A program made the position numbers and the translations under genes. From the NCBI GenBank assembly GCA_034530615.2, contig JAVRCV020000039.1, positions 32,001 to 96,000 of the forward strand: DNA of 64,000 nt, in the 5' to 3' direction. The number at the start of each line of letters is the position of its first letter. Position 1 is the stretch's first letter. Source of the DNA: Aulosira sp. ZfuVER01. Its GTDB lineage: Bacteria > Cyanobacteriota > Cyanobacteriia > Cyanobacteriales > Nostocaceae. The notes beneath the pieces are model-generated. The model ran no database searches. It was given only the letters and a program-made list of their open reading frames with translations, and was not told the DNA's origin. Positions 50,900 through 60,012 of the stretch are shown here, piece by piece.

Positions 50900-51076
50900 A
50901 TACCAACTGATGCCCAATTGAGAGGTCTATACCGTCTCAGCTATCGATTAACATATATTATGTTCCAGCCTATACACCTCGTCTGTATTGATGAACGAAC
51001 ACGCAACTTGTATATTTTAGCTGGAAATACTGAAAATCTTGAGATCCAAATTACAGCAGAAGCGGAGGTATGTTGA
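50900..51076 (+). CDS. DUF6888-like small protein (not in the ORF track)
   Basis: Reads (I)PTDAQLRGLYRLSYRLTYIMFQPIHLVCIDERTRNLYILAGNTENLEIQITAEAEVC*; TGA overlaps the next ATG; first codon is ATA, alternative TTG at 50918. Confidence 0.6.
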   Translation: MPTDAQLRGLYRLSYRLTYIMFQPIHLVCIDERTRNLYILAGNTENLEIQITAEAEVC

Positions 51077-51288
51077 TGAGTCAGATCAATTATGCTGCTA
51101 TGTCTGACAAGGAATTGAAACAATATTTTCTACAACACCGTGAAGATAAAATCGCCCTCCAAACTTATTTAGATAGGCTTAGTACACGCCCACGCGAGAT
51201 GATTACGACTGTAGACGAGCCGGACTTTGATGCCAAAATGCAAGCAGCTATTCTTAGAAAAATCGAAACAGTAGAAGATAATGAGTAG
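51076..51288 (+). CDS. DUF6887-like small protein
   Basis: MSQINYAAMSDKELKQYFL.HRED..A...YLDR; AGGAGG-like RBS (GCGGAGG) upstream. Confidence 0.7.
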   Translation: MSQINYAAMSDKELKQYFLQHREDKIALQTYLDRLSTRPREMITTVDEPDFDAKMQAAILRKIETVEDNE

Positions 51289-51319
51289 ATAACAGGCTAA
51301 TAATATAAACGAGTCAAAG

Positions 51320-51634
51320 CTACCCTATCTGTGCAATAACTGTGCCAATTTCTTGAGGAGTTGCACCTGTCGCTAACATTGCCCGAATTAAAAGTTCAAT
51401 GGAAACAGAAGCATCTCCATTTTCTGCTTTAGCAATCCGAGGCTGGCTTAAATAAAGTTTCTCTGCTAATTCTGTTTGAGTCATTAATTTTTGTCGTCGC
51501 TCTTTTAAGTTGCGGCTAAGTGCGAGTTTAATCTCAATGAGAGTAGCTTCTTCTGTTGTTAGTTATAAAAATTCTGAAACAGTTCCAACTTTCCAGCCTT
51601 TTTCTTCTAAATGTTTTCTTTTGACTTCATCCAT
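51320..51634 (-). pseudogene. XRE-HTH (HigA-like) antitoxin with a premature stop
   Basis: MDEVKRKHLEEKGWKVGTVSEFL*LTTEEATLIEIKLALSRNLKERRQKLMTQTELAEKLYLSQPRIAKAENGD...; in-frame TAA at 51565-51563. Confidence 0.8.
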
Positions 51635-51638
51635 AATA

Positions 51639-51713
51639 TTAATCCTGTGAGTCCCGATCCTACCTACTAAGCCGTTTTTTGCTGTTGTCTATTATGCTAC
51701 TTCGTTTTGGGCT
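51639..51713 (-). pseudogene. C-terminal remnant of a RelE/HigB-like toxin
   Basis: SPKRSSIIDNSKKRLSR*DRDSQD* ending 4 bp before the antitoxin ATG; resembles the TP..II..CK.RL..YD tail of HigB-like toxins. Confidence 0.5.
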
Positions 51714-51745
51714 TATTGTTTTATCTGCTTTCCCTGTGGTTTATA

Positions 51746-51774
51746 GTGCCATTTTGGCACCACTGAGCTAAAAT
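51746..51774 (+). promoter_or_regulatory. Candidate operator and promoter of the DUF1778/GNAT TA operon
   Basis: Palindrome GTGCCA-TTT-TGGCAC (51746-51760); TAAAAT at 51769 lies 17 bp after GTGCCA. Confidence 0.5.
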
Positions 51775-51800
51775 TAAGAGAACACAAGGCTTAATTCTCC

Positions 51801-52088
51801 ATGTCTAACAGACACGAAAATACAGTTAGGATAACAGCCAGAGTTCCTGTGAAGATTCAAGAAACTCTACAAAAAGCGGCAGAATTATCGGGTGCTACCT
51901 TGAATCAGTTTATGATTCAGGCGGCGTTGAAAGAAGCAAAAAAACTGATAGAAGATGAACGAGTTATTATTTTGTCACAAACTGATGCTGATACGGTATT
52001 TAGCCTGATTGAGAATCCTCCTGTAGCAAATGCAAATTTAAAAGCAGCTTTAAAAAAGCACAAGGAATTTTTTAGTGAGAGCCATTGA
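51801..52088 (+). CDS. DUF1778 RHH antitoxin (TacA/AtaR-like)
   Basis: RITARVP....L.KAAELSGATLNQF...AAL.EA..LI......LS......F..IENPP..N..LK.A. Confidence 0.9.
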   Translation: MSNRHENTVRITARVPVKIQETLQKAAELSGATLNQFMIQAALKEAKKLIEDERVIILSQTDADTVFSLIENPPVANANLKAALKKHKEFFSESH

Positions 52089-52569
52089 ATTACTGGGTAA
52101 GCAGCATGACCGAGATTGCTTTGACTGTGGTAATGAAGCACTAAATCAATTTCTTAAACAAACAGCAAGACAGCACAACCAAAAAGGCGTTTCTCGTACT
52201 TTTGTCCTAGTTAATACAGAACAGCCAGAGATCATAATTGGTTTCTTCACATTGACATTATCTGAAGTGCGTGTAGACAAATTTCCAGCGAAATTCTTCA
52301 AGAAATACCCTTCTAAAGTTCCTGGTGTCAAACTAGCAAGATTAGCAGTTGACCAAGCCTATCAGCGACAAGGAATTGGAGAAGTTTTGATGATTGAGGC
52401 GATGCAGCGTGCTTTAATTGTTGCGGAGAATGCGGGAGGTATTGGCTTATTTGTTGATGCAAAAGATGAAAGTGCAAAAACTTACTACTCTCGTTATGGT
52501 TTTGTAAGTTTGGAAGATGCGTCTTTGGAACTATTTTTGCCATTGTCAGTAATTCAGCAAATCTTTTAA
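52075..52569 (+). CDS. GNAT toxin (TacT/AtaT-like tRNA acetyltransferase)
   Basis: HDR..FDCG..ALN.FL, LARLAVD..YQRQGIG, VDAKDE.A..YY..YGF; overlaps the antitoxin gene. Confidence 0.9.
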   Translation: MRAIELLGKQHDRDCFDCGNEALNQFLKQTARQHNQKGVSRTFVLVNTEQPEIIIGFFTLTLSEVRVDKFPAKFFKKYPSKVPGVKLARLAVDQAYQRQGIGEVLMIEAMQRALIVAENAGGIGLFVDAKDESAKTYYSRYGFVSLEDASLELFLPLSVIQQIF

Positions 52570-52584
52570 TTCCAAAACTGTAAT

Positions 52585-54513
52585 TTAAGACTCCATCTCA
52601 GCTAATTCCAACCACCTCTCAGTCGCCGCATCAATTGCTTGCTTGAGTGCTTCTACCTGGTGGTACAATTTTTGTACCTGGCTATAATTTCCCGGTGTGA
52701 CATTCAATAAAGCTTTTTCTACTTCTGCTTTCTCTGTTTCTAAATTGGCAATTTTTCCTTCCAACTCTTCAAACTCTTTCTTTTCCCAATTTGAGAGCCT
52801 GCGACGCTTTTTAGTTTCTGACTCTTGCGGTTGAGATGCAGTTTTTTCCACCTCTACCTTGATTGGCTTTTCTTTAATAGCAGTTTCTTGTTGTGTTGCT
52901 TCTTCAGCTTTTTTATAATCAAGATAAACTGAGTAATTGCCAGGATATTGGCGGAGCATCCCACCTTCTTCCAAAGCAAAAATGGTGTCTACAGTCCGGT
53001 CTAAAAAGTAGCGATCGTGAGAAACTACAATTACACAGCCTGCAAAGTCTTCTAAATAATCTTCTAAGACGGCTAATGTCTGCACATCTAAATCGTTGGT
53101 CGGTTCATCTAAAATTAAGACATTAGGTGCGCTCATGAGTATGCGCAACAAAAATAACCGCCGTTTTTCACCACCAGATAGTTTATGAATGGGTGCATAC
53201 TGCTGATTTCCAGGAAATAAAAATCGCTCCAGCATTTGCGAAGCACTAATTTTAGTGCCATCAGCTATGGGCACAAATTCGCCTTCTTCTTTGATGTAGT
53301 CAATCACGCGCTGATTTTCGTTTAAAGCTGTCAGTAATTCCTCAGAATGCTGGTCAAAATAACCAATATGAATTGTAGAGCCAATTTCTACATTACCGTC
53401 ATCAGGCTGCACTCGCCCGGTAATCATATCCATTAATGTGGATTTACCTGCACCGTTACCACCAATAATTCCAATTCGGTCTTCTGGACTAAATTCGTAG
53501 GTGAAATCCTTGATTAAAGTGCGGTCATTGTAGGCTTTAGAGATGTTGTTGATAACAATAACTTTTTTGCCAATCCGCCGACTAACTGTAGAAATATCCA
53601 CTTTACCATTAGTCTGCTTAAACTCAGTTTCTCGCATTGCATGAACGCGATCGATTCTAGCTTTTTGTTTGGTACTGCGGGCTTTGGGGCCGCGTTTGAG
53701 CCATTCTAACTCTCGTCGCAACACGCCTTGGTGTTTACGTTGAGTACTAACAGCAGATTCTTCAGCTAGAGCTTTCTTTTCGAGGTAATATGAATAATTA
53801 CCTGTATAGGTGTAGATATCACCTCGGTCAATTTCAATAATCCGATTGGTGACACGATCCAAAAAGTAGCGATCGTGGGTAATCAAAAATAATGCACCAC
53901 GATAGCGATTTAAATAACTTTGCAACCACTCTACAGAAAGCGCATCAAGATGGTTTGTTGGCTCATCCATGAGTAAAACATCTGGTTCTGATAGCAAAGC
54001 TGTTGCTAGAGCAATTCGCTTGCGATAGCCTCCAGATAATGTACCGACGATGGCATCAAAGTCGGAAATACCTAATTTTGTGAGGATAATTTTAGCATTG
54101 GTTTCTAGTTCCCAAGCACCAGTCGCATCCATCTTTTGCATGACTACTGAAAGACGAGACATTAGCTGACTGTCTTCTGGATAATGAGCTAATTTATCAG
54201 ACAGTTCTTCATATTCTCGTACCAAAGCCATGTGTTCGCCACTATCGGCAAAAACCTGCTCTAAAACTGTGTGATTTTCGTCTAAATCTGGTTGCTGGGG
54301 CAAATAGATAATTTTAGAACTAGAGTTAACTAAAATTTGACCGCTATCAACTGGTTCTAGCCCAGCAATCATTTTTAATAAAGTTGATTTACCAGAACCA
54401 TTAGTACCAATTAAACCAACTTTATCAGTAGCATCTAAGCTAAAGTTAGCATCTTTCAAAATTTCTTTGATGCCAAAGTCTTTTTTAACTGATTGTAGGG
54501 TAATAATACTCAT
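52585..54513 (-). CDS. ABC-F family ATPase (Uup-like)
   Basis: Two NBDs (GTNGSGKS/LSGG/DEPTNHLD; GGNGAGKS/LSGGE/DEPTNDLD), RGPKARSTKQKAR linker, C-terminal coiled coil, no TM. Confidence 0.93.
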   Translation of the reverse strand: MSIITLQSVKKDFGIKEILKDANFSLDATDKVGLIGTNGSGKSTLLKMIAGLEPVDSGQILVNSSSKIIYLPQQPDLDENHTVLEQVFADSGEHMALVREYEELSDKLAHYPEDSQLMSRLSVVMQKMDATGAWELETNAKIILTKLGISDFDAIVGTLSGGYRKRIALATALLSEPDVLLMDEPTNHLDALSVEWLQSYLNRYRGALFLITHDRYFLDRVTNRIIEIDRGDIYTYTGNYSYYLEKKALAEESAVSTQRKHQGVLRRELEWLKRGPKARSTKQKARIDRVHAMRETEFKQTNGKVDISTVSRRIGKKVIVINNISKAYNDRTLIKDFTYEFSPEDRIGIIGGNGAGKSTLMDMITGRVQPDDGNVEIGSTIHIGYFDQHSEELLTALNENQRVIDYIKEEGEFVPIADGTKISASQMLERFLFPGNQQYAPIHKLSGGEKRRLFLLRILMSAPNVLILDEPTNDLDVQTLAVLEDYLEDFAGCVIVVSHDRYFLDRTVDTIFALEEGGMLRQYPGNYSVYLDYKKAEEATQQETAIKEKPIKVEVEKTASQPQESETKKRRRLSNWEKKEFEELEGKIANLETEKAEVEKALLNVTPGNYSQVQKLYHQVEALKQAIDAATERWLELAEMES

Positions 54514-54584
54514 AAAAGTTAGTAATTGGTCATGCAAATTTAGTTTATAGGTAAGGCAATTGCCCTACCTAGCACTGCCAAATT

Positions 54585-55001
54585 TTAGACAAATAAATCC
54601 AGGGGTAAATGTCCATACATTTCGTTGATTCCCCCAGGATTGTGAGATTGGCAAGAGACTAATACACCACGATGATGTCCTGAATAGGAATCGATATAAC
54701 ACAAGCCATTCTTGCCATTTAATTTGATATAAACTGGGCCATCAATGTCAGGTAAGTTGCTAGGTACTTCATAACCCAAAGCTTGGGAATAAGTTTTCAT
54801 TGACAGCTTTCCTTCCTCAGCTGTATCAGCACAAATACCCAAAATTTTGTAATCAGCAAGACTAGCGATCAAAATTAACGCCCGCCGCACTGAAGCTTTT
54901 TCTGATGGCTTGAGAATTGGAGCAATATCGAGACAGTTGAATTTATTGAGAATTTTTCTTGCGTCTTCAGCTGTGAGATTGGGATGATTAGGAGTTGACA
55001 T
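54585..55001 (-). CDS. DUF1824 family protein
   Basis: ILGICAD, GPVYIKLN, Y.G.HRGVLVSCQS, ends YGHLPLDLF. Confidence 0.75.
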   Translation of the reverse strand: MSTPNHPNLTAEDARKILNKFNCLDIAPILKPSEKASVRRALILIASLADYKILGICADTAEEGKLSMKTYSQALGYEVPSNLPDIDGPVYIKLNGKNGLCYIDSYSGHHRGVLVSCQSHNPGGINEMYGHLPLDLFV

Positions 55002-55083
55002 GAATCTAGTTTATTGGGGGTCTTGGTGATTATTTTGGATCTGAGGTTGAGATTGCCTACTATACTAAGATGATTTCTTCAAA

Positions 55084-55932
55084 TTAGGGTTGATTTTGAG
55101 TATTACCTAGATTGAAAATAAAGGGCACGCTGCTTTTTGCGTCGTTCCCCATAACTAGAACGTTTGGCATGTGAGAACCGCCAGCCTTCCAAGCTTCGAT
55201 CGCTTCTTTTTGCAGAACTAATTGCCCACCTTGGGCTTTGAGCGTTTCTGCCAAGAGTCTTTGAGCCTCCGCTTTACCTTTAGCGCGATTAATTTCCGCT
55301 TGTGCTTCCTGTTCTGCTTCTCGTGCTACATAAACGGCTCTTTGCGCCCGTTGTTCGGCAATTTGTTTTTCTTCCACTGCTCTGGCAAACTCTGGGGAAA
55401 AAGTCAAGTCAACTACACTAGTATCCAGCACGATTATCCCATATTTATCTAAGCGATCGCCTAATGCATTATCAAAGTCTTCCTTCAACTCGCTACGTTT
55501 GGTAATTGCTTCTTCTACAGTTCTTCTTGCAGCTGCTATTTTAAATGCTTCTTGGGTTTGGGGGGCAATAATTTTCGAGACAATATTTTCTAAAGTACCT
55601 TGTTTTCTTCTCACCTCTACTACCTGGGTAGGATCGAGGCGAAAGTTAATGGCAAATCTCGCAGATAAGTTTTGTAGATCCTTAGTAGAACTCTCCGCTG
55701 GCACTTCAAATTTTTGCACAGTTAAATCATATACATCTATAGCCGAAATGAAGGGTGGTTTTAGGTGGATACCCTCAAGTAAGGCTCCATCTCTCGCTTT
55801 ACCCAAGATACTGATTACTCCTGCTTGTCCTGGGTTAATAATGATAAACGAATTGAGGCTAATACTCACCAGTATTGCCAACAGTACTCCTAAAACAGTA
55901 GTTTGCCAATTCGCAAATTGCTGATTTTTCAA
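55084..55932 (-). CDS. Prohibitin / SPFH family protein
   Basis: N-terminal TM, INPGQAGV, STKDLQ, FSPEF..AVEEKQIAEQ.A.RA. Confidence 0.93.
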   Translation of the reverse strand: MKNQQFANWQTTVLGVLLAILVSISLNSFIIINPGQAGVISILGKARDGALLEGIHLKPPFISAIDVYDLTVQKFEVPAESSTKDLQNLSARFAINFRLDPTQVVEVRRKQGTLENIVSKIIAPQTQEAFKIAAARRTVEEAITKRSELKEDFDNALGDRLDKYGIIVLDTSVVDLTFSPEFARAVEEKQIAEQRAQRAVYVAREAEQEAQAEINRAKGKAEAQRLLAETLKAQGGQLVLQKEAIEAWKAGGSHMPNVLVMGNDAKSSVPFIFNLGNTQNQP

Positions 55933-56048
55933 GATTTCATCTCCACAAGCAACTCCTGTATTATGGTGGCACGTAGTCAGCCTACCGACATAGACAAATC
56001 TGAGTGCTGAGTCAAGAGTCCAAAGTCATTAGTTATTTCTCCCTTGTC

Positions 56049-56094
56049 TCCCCACACTCCCCACACTCCCCACACTCCCCACACTCCCCACACC
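56049..56094. repeat. Nonamer tandem repeat (CCCCACACT)x~5
   Basis: Visible directly in the sequence. Confidence 0.9.
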
Positions 56095-56144
56095 CTTCGC
56101 TCCCCTCTCGTGCTAATATCAGTTGCACGCAACTGTAACGAAAT

Positions 56145-57953
56145 GTGGCTACTGCATTGAAATCTCATCAGGTATCAAGAAGGCGTAGACATTCTGTACA
56201 TCCCCTCCAGCGTCTGCTTGACTATGGGCATCAGTATCGTAAACAAATTTGGCTTGCAACTGGTTCTTCGATTTTAAATAAACTTTTTGACTTAGCACCA
56301 CCGGCGTTAGTGGGGATTGCCGTAGATGTGGTAGTTAAGCAGCAGGATTCGATCATTGCTCAGTTAGGAATCAAGGATATCTTTGGGCAATTTTTGATTC
56401 TTTCTTTACTTACGGTGATTACTTGGATACTCGAATCAACTTTTGAGTACCGCTACAAGTTGATTTGGCGCAACTTGGCGCAGAATGTTCAGCATGACTT
56501 GCGTCTGGATGCATACAAACACCTTCAAGAGTTGGAGTTAGCTTATTTTGAAGAACGTAGTACTGGCGGTTTAATGTCCATCCTCAGTGATGATGTTAAC
56601 CAATTAGAGCGCTTTTTGGATGTGGGGGCAAACGACATCATCCATGTACTCACGACTATTGTAGTAGTTGGCGGTGGCTTCTTTATTTTGGCTCCCAACA
56701 TAGCTTGGATGGCAATCATACCTATACCTTTTATTCTTTGGGGTTCGGTAGCTTTTCAGAAATTGCTAGCACCGCGTTACGCTGATGTGCGGGAAAAAGT
56801 CGGTTTACTCAATGGACGGTTGTCGAATAATCTGAGTGGGATCACGACGATTAAAAGTTTCACCGCCGAAGATTATGAGTCGGCGCGAGTGGCGGAGGAA
56901 AGTAACGCCTATCGCCAGAGTAACGTGAAAGCGATCGCACTTTCTGCGGCTTTTATCCCCTTAATTCGGATGCTGATTTTGGCAGCTTTCACTGTATTGC
57001 TGCTGTTTGGGGGTATGGAAGCCGTCGCCGGAAGAATTTCTGTTGGTGCTTACAGTTCTTTAGTATTCTTAGTCCAGCTTTTACTTTGGCCTTTAACTAG
57101 ATTAGGAGAAACCTTCGATTTATATCAACGGGCAATGGCTTCTACCAATCGCGTTATGGATTTGTTAGATACTCCTATTGCCATTCATCCAGGAAATATC
57201 GCCTTACCTGCTGAGACGGTAAGGGGAGAAGTGGAATTTAAAAATGTCACTTTTGCTTATAAAGATAGATTACCAGTAGTTAAAAATCTGTCTTTGCACA
57301 TTCCCGCAGGTAATACCATTGCGATTGTCGGTTCTACTGGTTCCGGTAAAAGCACCTTAGTCAAACTTTTGTTGCGATTGTACGAATTGCACACCGGCAG
57401 CATTACTTTAGATGGCATTGACTTACAAAACTTAAATTTGCGAGATTTACGCCGTTGTATTGGCTTAGTCAGTCAGGATGTATTTTTATTTCATGGCACG
57501 GTAGCGGAGAATATTGCTTATGGCAGCTTTGACGCTACAGAACCAGAAATCATCATGGCGGCTAAGGTAGCTGAAGCACATGAATTTATTACTCACCTAC
57601 CCCAAGGTTATGAGACAATCGTCGGGGAGCGAGGGCAAAAGTTATCTGGGGGACAACGACAAAGAATTGCGATCGCGCGTGCAGTATTGAAAAATCCGCC
57701 CATTTTGATTTTAGATGAAGCTACCTCAGCAGTAGATAATGAAACAGAAGCCGCAATTCAGCGATCGCTCGAACGGATTACAGTGAATAGGACAACAATT
57801 GCGATCGCTCATCGTCTTTCTACCATCCGCAATGCCAATTGCATTTATGTGATGGAACATGGAAAACTAGTAGAGTCCGGAACCCATGAACAATTGCTAG
57901 AGGAAGATGGCATTTATGCTAGTCTCTGGCGTGTACAATCTGGTTTGAGATAA
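56145..57953 (+). CDS. ABC exporter, fused permease and ATPase
   Basis: About 6 [30 protein letters not shown]. Confidence 0.93.
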   Translation: MATALKSHQVSRRRRHSVHPLQRLLDYGHQYRKQIWLATGSSILNKLFDLAPPALVGIAVDVVVKQQDSIIAQLGIKDIFGQFLILSLLTVITWILESTFEYRYKLIWRNLAQNVQHDLRLDAYKHLQELELAYFEERSTGGLMSILSDDVNQLERFLDVGANDIIHVLTTIVVVGGGFFILAPNIAWMAIIPIPFILWGSVAFQKLLAPRYADVREKVGLLNGRLSNNLSGITTIKSFTAEDYESARVAEESNAYRQSNVKAIALSAAFIPLIRMLILAAFTVLLLFGGMEAVAGRISVGAYSSLVFLVQLLLWPLTRLGETFDLYQRAMASTNRVMDLLDTPIAIHPGNIALPAETVRGEVEFKNVTFAYKDRLPVVKNLSLHIPAGNTIAIVGSTGSGKSTLVKLLLRLYELHTGSITLDGIDLQNLNLRDLRRCIGLVSQDVFLFHGTVAENIAYGSFDATEPEIIMAAKVAEAHEFITHLPQGYETIVGERGQKLSGGQRQRIAIARAVLKNPPILILDEATSAVDNETEAAIQRSLERITVNRTTIAIAHRLSTIRNANCIYVMEHGKLVESGTHEQLLEEDGIYASLWRVQSGLR

Positions 57954-58001
57954 AGTCAAGAGTCAAGAATCAATATAGCAATCTCATTTGATATACAAAT
58001 A

Positions 58002-58128
58002 CAAGGGACAAGGAGGACAAGGAGGACAAGGAGGACAAGGAGGAAATAACTACTCTCTTCACCAATACCCAATGCCCAATGCCCAATGACCATTTAATTA
58101 CGAATTACGAATTACAAATTACGAATTA
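58002..58128. repeat. Mixed STRR arrays: (GGACAAGGA)n, (CCCAATG)n, (AATTACG)n
   Basis: Visible directly between the ABC gene and ccmS. Confidence 0.9.
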
Positions 58129-58132
58129 ATTT

Positions 58133-58561
58133 ATGTTTTTTGGTAGTACTCAGCCGGAATCAGCAGATAACAAGTGGCGTGGCCAGTTGGATAGATTTGT
58201 CAAAGAAAACCAACCAGAATTGGCGGCGCTGTTTTGGGGATTGTGGTTAGAAAATGGTAATAGCCAAGGTACTATCGGTATTGATTTGCAACCAGCACCG
58301 CATTTTGTTTATTGCCCCAAAGATGAGATAGAGAAGTTAAATAGTAAAGTTGAGAATCGGCTGCAAGAAATATTAGGAATCGTCGAGAATCACAAACCAG
58401 AAGTAGAAGTTGTGATGATTGGTATTGGTAAAGGTGAAATTAAGTTAATTCAGTTTGCACCGCAACCAGCACCACCTGATTGTTTTGCACAAGTTGGTAA
58501 GGATGTGGATGGGTTATTGGAATTGTTGGAACAGCGGATGAGGGCGCAGATTGTTTTTTAA
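58133..58561 (+). CDS. ccmS: Beta-carboxysome assembly chaperone CcmS
   Basis: WR.QLD.FVK.NQ.ELAAL.WGL, GIDL.P.PHFVYCP, IKLI.F.P.P.PP.CF. Confidence 0.75.
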   Translation: MFFGSTQPESADNKWRGQLDRFVKENQPELAALFWGLWLENGNSQGTIGIDLQPAPHFVYCPKDEIEKLNSKVENRLQEILGIVENHKPEVEVVMIGIGKGEIKLIQFAPQPAPPDCFAQVGKDVDGLLELLEQRMRAQIVF

Positions 58562-58591
58562 CGCAGAGGAGAACACTGTTCAAACAACCTC

Positions 58592-58906
58592 TTAACTCGC
58601 TGCTACAATATCGCTATCTGTAGCATCGTCATTTAAACCAAACTTATCATATAGTTCATCAACATTTTGCGGCTCAATTATTCCTGCTTTTGCCCGTTCT
58701 AGAGCAGTTAATAAACGAGTAGAATTTGCAGGTGAACGAAGTAAGTATAGAGTTTCTAATAAACTATTTAATTCTGCTTCAGCAATTAAGACAACATTTT
58801 TACCGTCTACTTGGCTAATAATTACAGCTTCACCTGTCTCTAAAACTTGACTGCAAAGTTTTTCTAGATTTCCATTCGCTTCAGCAGATGTAACTTTGAC
58901 TGACAT
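58592..58906 (-). CDS. Phd/YefM-family antitoxin (orphan)
   Basis: VT..EA..NL..L...V......VII......VVLI...E..SL.ETLYLLRSPAN..RL..A. Confidence 0.85.
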   Translation of the reverse strand: MSVKVTSAEANGNLEKLCSQVLETGEAVIISQVDGKNVVLIAEAELNSLLETLYLLRSPANSTRLLTALERAKAGIIEPQNVDELYDKFGLNDDATDSDIVAAS

Positions 58907-59104
58907 AATTATTTAACTCAAAATAGTATTTTTATTCGTAATGATAGCGAGCTTTAAGAAAATCAATTCGGTCATCACTAACTAAATTTTGTTTGGCTGG
59001 TTACTAGAGTGAGTTACGATCGCACTGTTAACGTTACCACTCAAAACTATCCGGGAACGCTAAAAACTAACCGTATTACCTGTGTTTATCTGTGGTTCTA
59101 ATCC

Positions 59105-59902
59105 ATGAAAATTTGGCAGGCTGATTTTTACCGGAGTCCGCAACAAAATCCAACTGGACAAATTATTTGGGAGTTGTTGATTTGTGATGCAACTCGCAAC
59201 TTAGAGTATGTAGCTACTTGTCCCCAGTCAGAAGCAAATTCCAGTTGGTTGACAGATCAAATTCAGCTAGCAGCTAGCGAACATCTACCAAATGCGATTC
59301 AAGTATTTCGTCCGCAATCTTTGAGCTTAATTGAGGCGGCTGGACGTAATTTAGGTATTAGTGTCGAACCTACCCGCCGGACTTTGGCATTGAAGCAGTG
59401 GTTACAAGAAAAACAATATCCCACAGCCATAGATAAACCACCTCCTGTACCTCTACCAGAAAACCTTTGGGGAGAACAATGGCGCTTTGCTACTCTGAGT
59501 GCAGGTGATGTAGAAACAGCATTTAGCGATCGCCCGATTCCGATTCTGCATCTGCCAGAATATCTTAAACCCCTAAATCTGGGTTTAGCCTCAACAACCC
59601 CAATTCCCGGTGTGGTAATTTATGGTGGACGGCAATCAATGCGTTTAGCACGGTGGTTGCATGAAGCCCGTCCCGTAGCTTTGAATTATGTTGCTGGTGC
59701 GCCCGATGGCTTAATATTAGAAGCCGGTTTAGTAGATAGGTGGATTGTCGCTACTTTTGAAGATGCAGAAGTGACTGCTGCTGCTCAGGTATATCAACAG
59801 CGCCAACAACTAAGTAAAGGAATACACTTTTTATTAGTGCAACCTGATGATTCGGGAATGACTTACAGTGGCTTTTGGTTATTGCAGACAGAAGATTCCT
59901 AG
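59105..59902 (+). CDS. Tab2/Atab2 (DUF1092) family RNA-binding protein
   Basis: WQADFYR.P, WELLICD, FRPQ, P.PLPENLWGEQWRFA, GIHFLLVQPD...Y.GFWLL. Confidence 0.88.
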   Translation: MKIWQADFYRSPQQNPTGQIIWELLICDATRNLEYVATCPQSEANSSWLTDQIQLAASEHLPNAIQVFRPQSLSLIEAAGRNLGISVEPTRRTLALKQWLQEKQYPTAIDKPPPVPLPENLWGEQWRFATLSAGDVETAFSDRPIPILHLPEYLKPLNLGLASTTPIPGVVIYGGRQSMRLARWLHEARPVALNYVAGAPDGLILEAGLVDRWIVATFEDAEVTAAAQVYQQRQQLSKGIHFLLVQPDDSGMTYSGFWLLQTEDS

Positions 59903-60002
59903 TACCGCTACGCGGAATTCGTAATTCGTAATTCGTAATTAGCTTTGCGCAAGTGTTTTAGACATTTGGAATGGGTGGTTTATTTACGCCATGCTGTACT
60001 AG
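59899..60002 (+). mobile_element. CTAG-bounded MITE-like repeat, copy 3
   Basis: CTAGTACCGCTACGCGG(AATTCGT)x3...AATGGGTGGTTTATTTACGCCATGCTGTACTAG. Confidence 0.75.
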
Positions 60003-60012
60003 GAAAAGCAAT

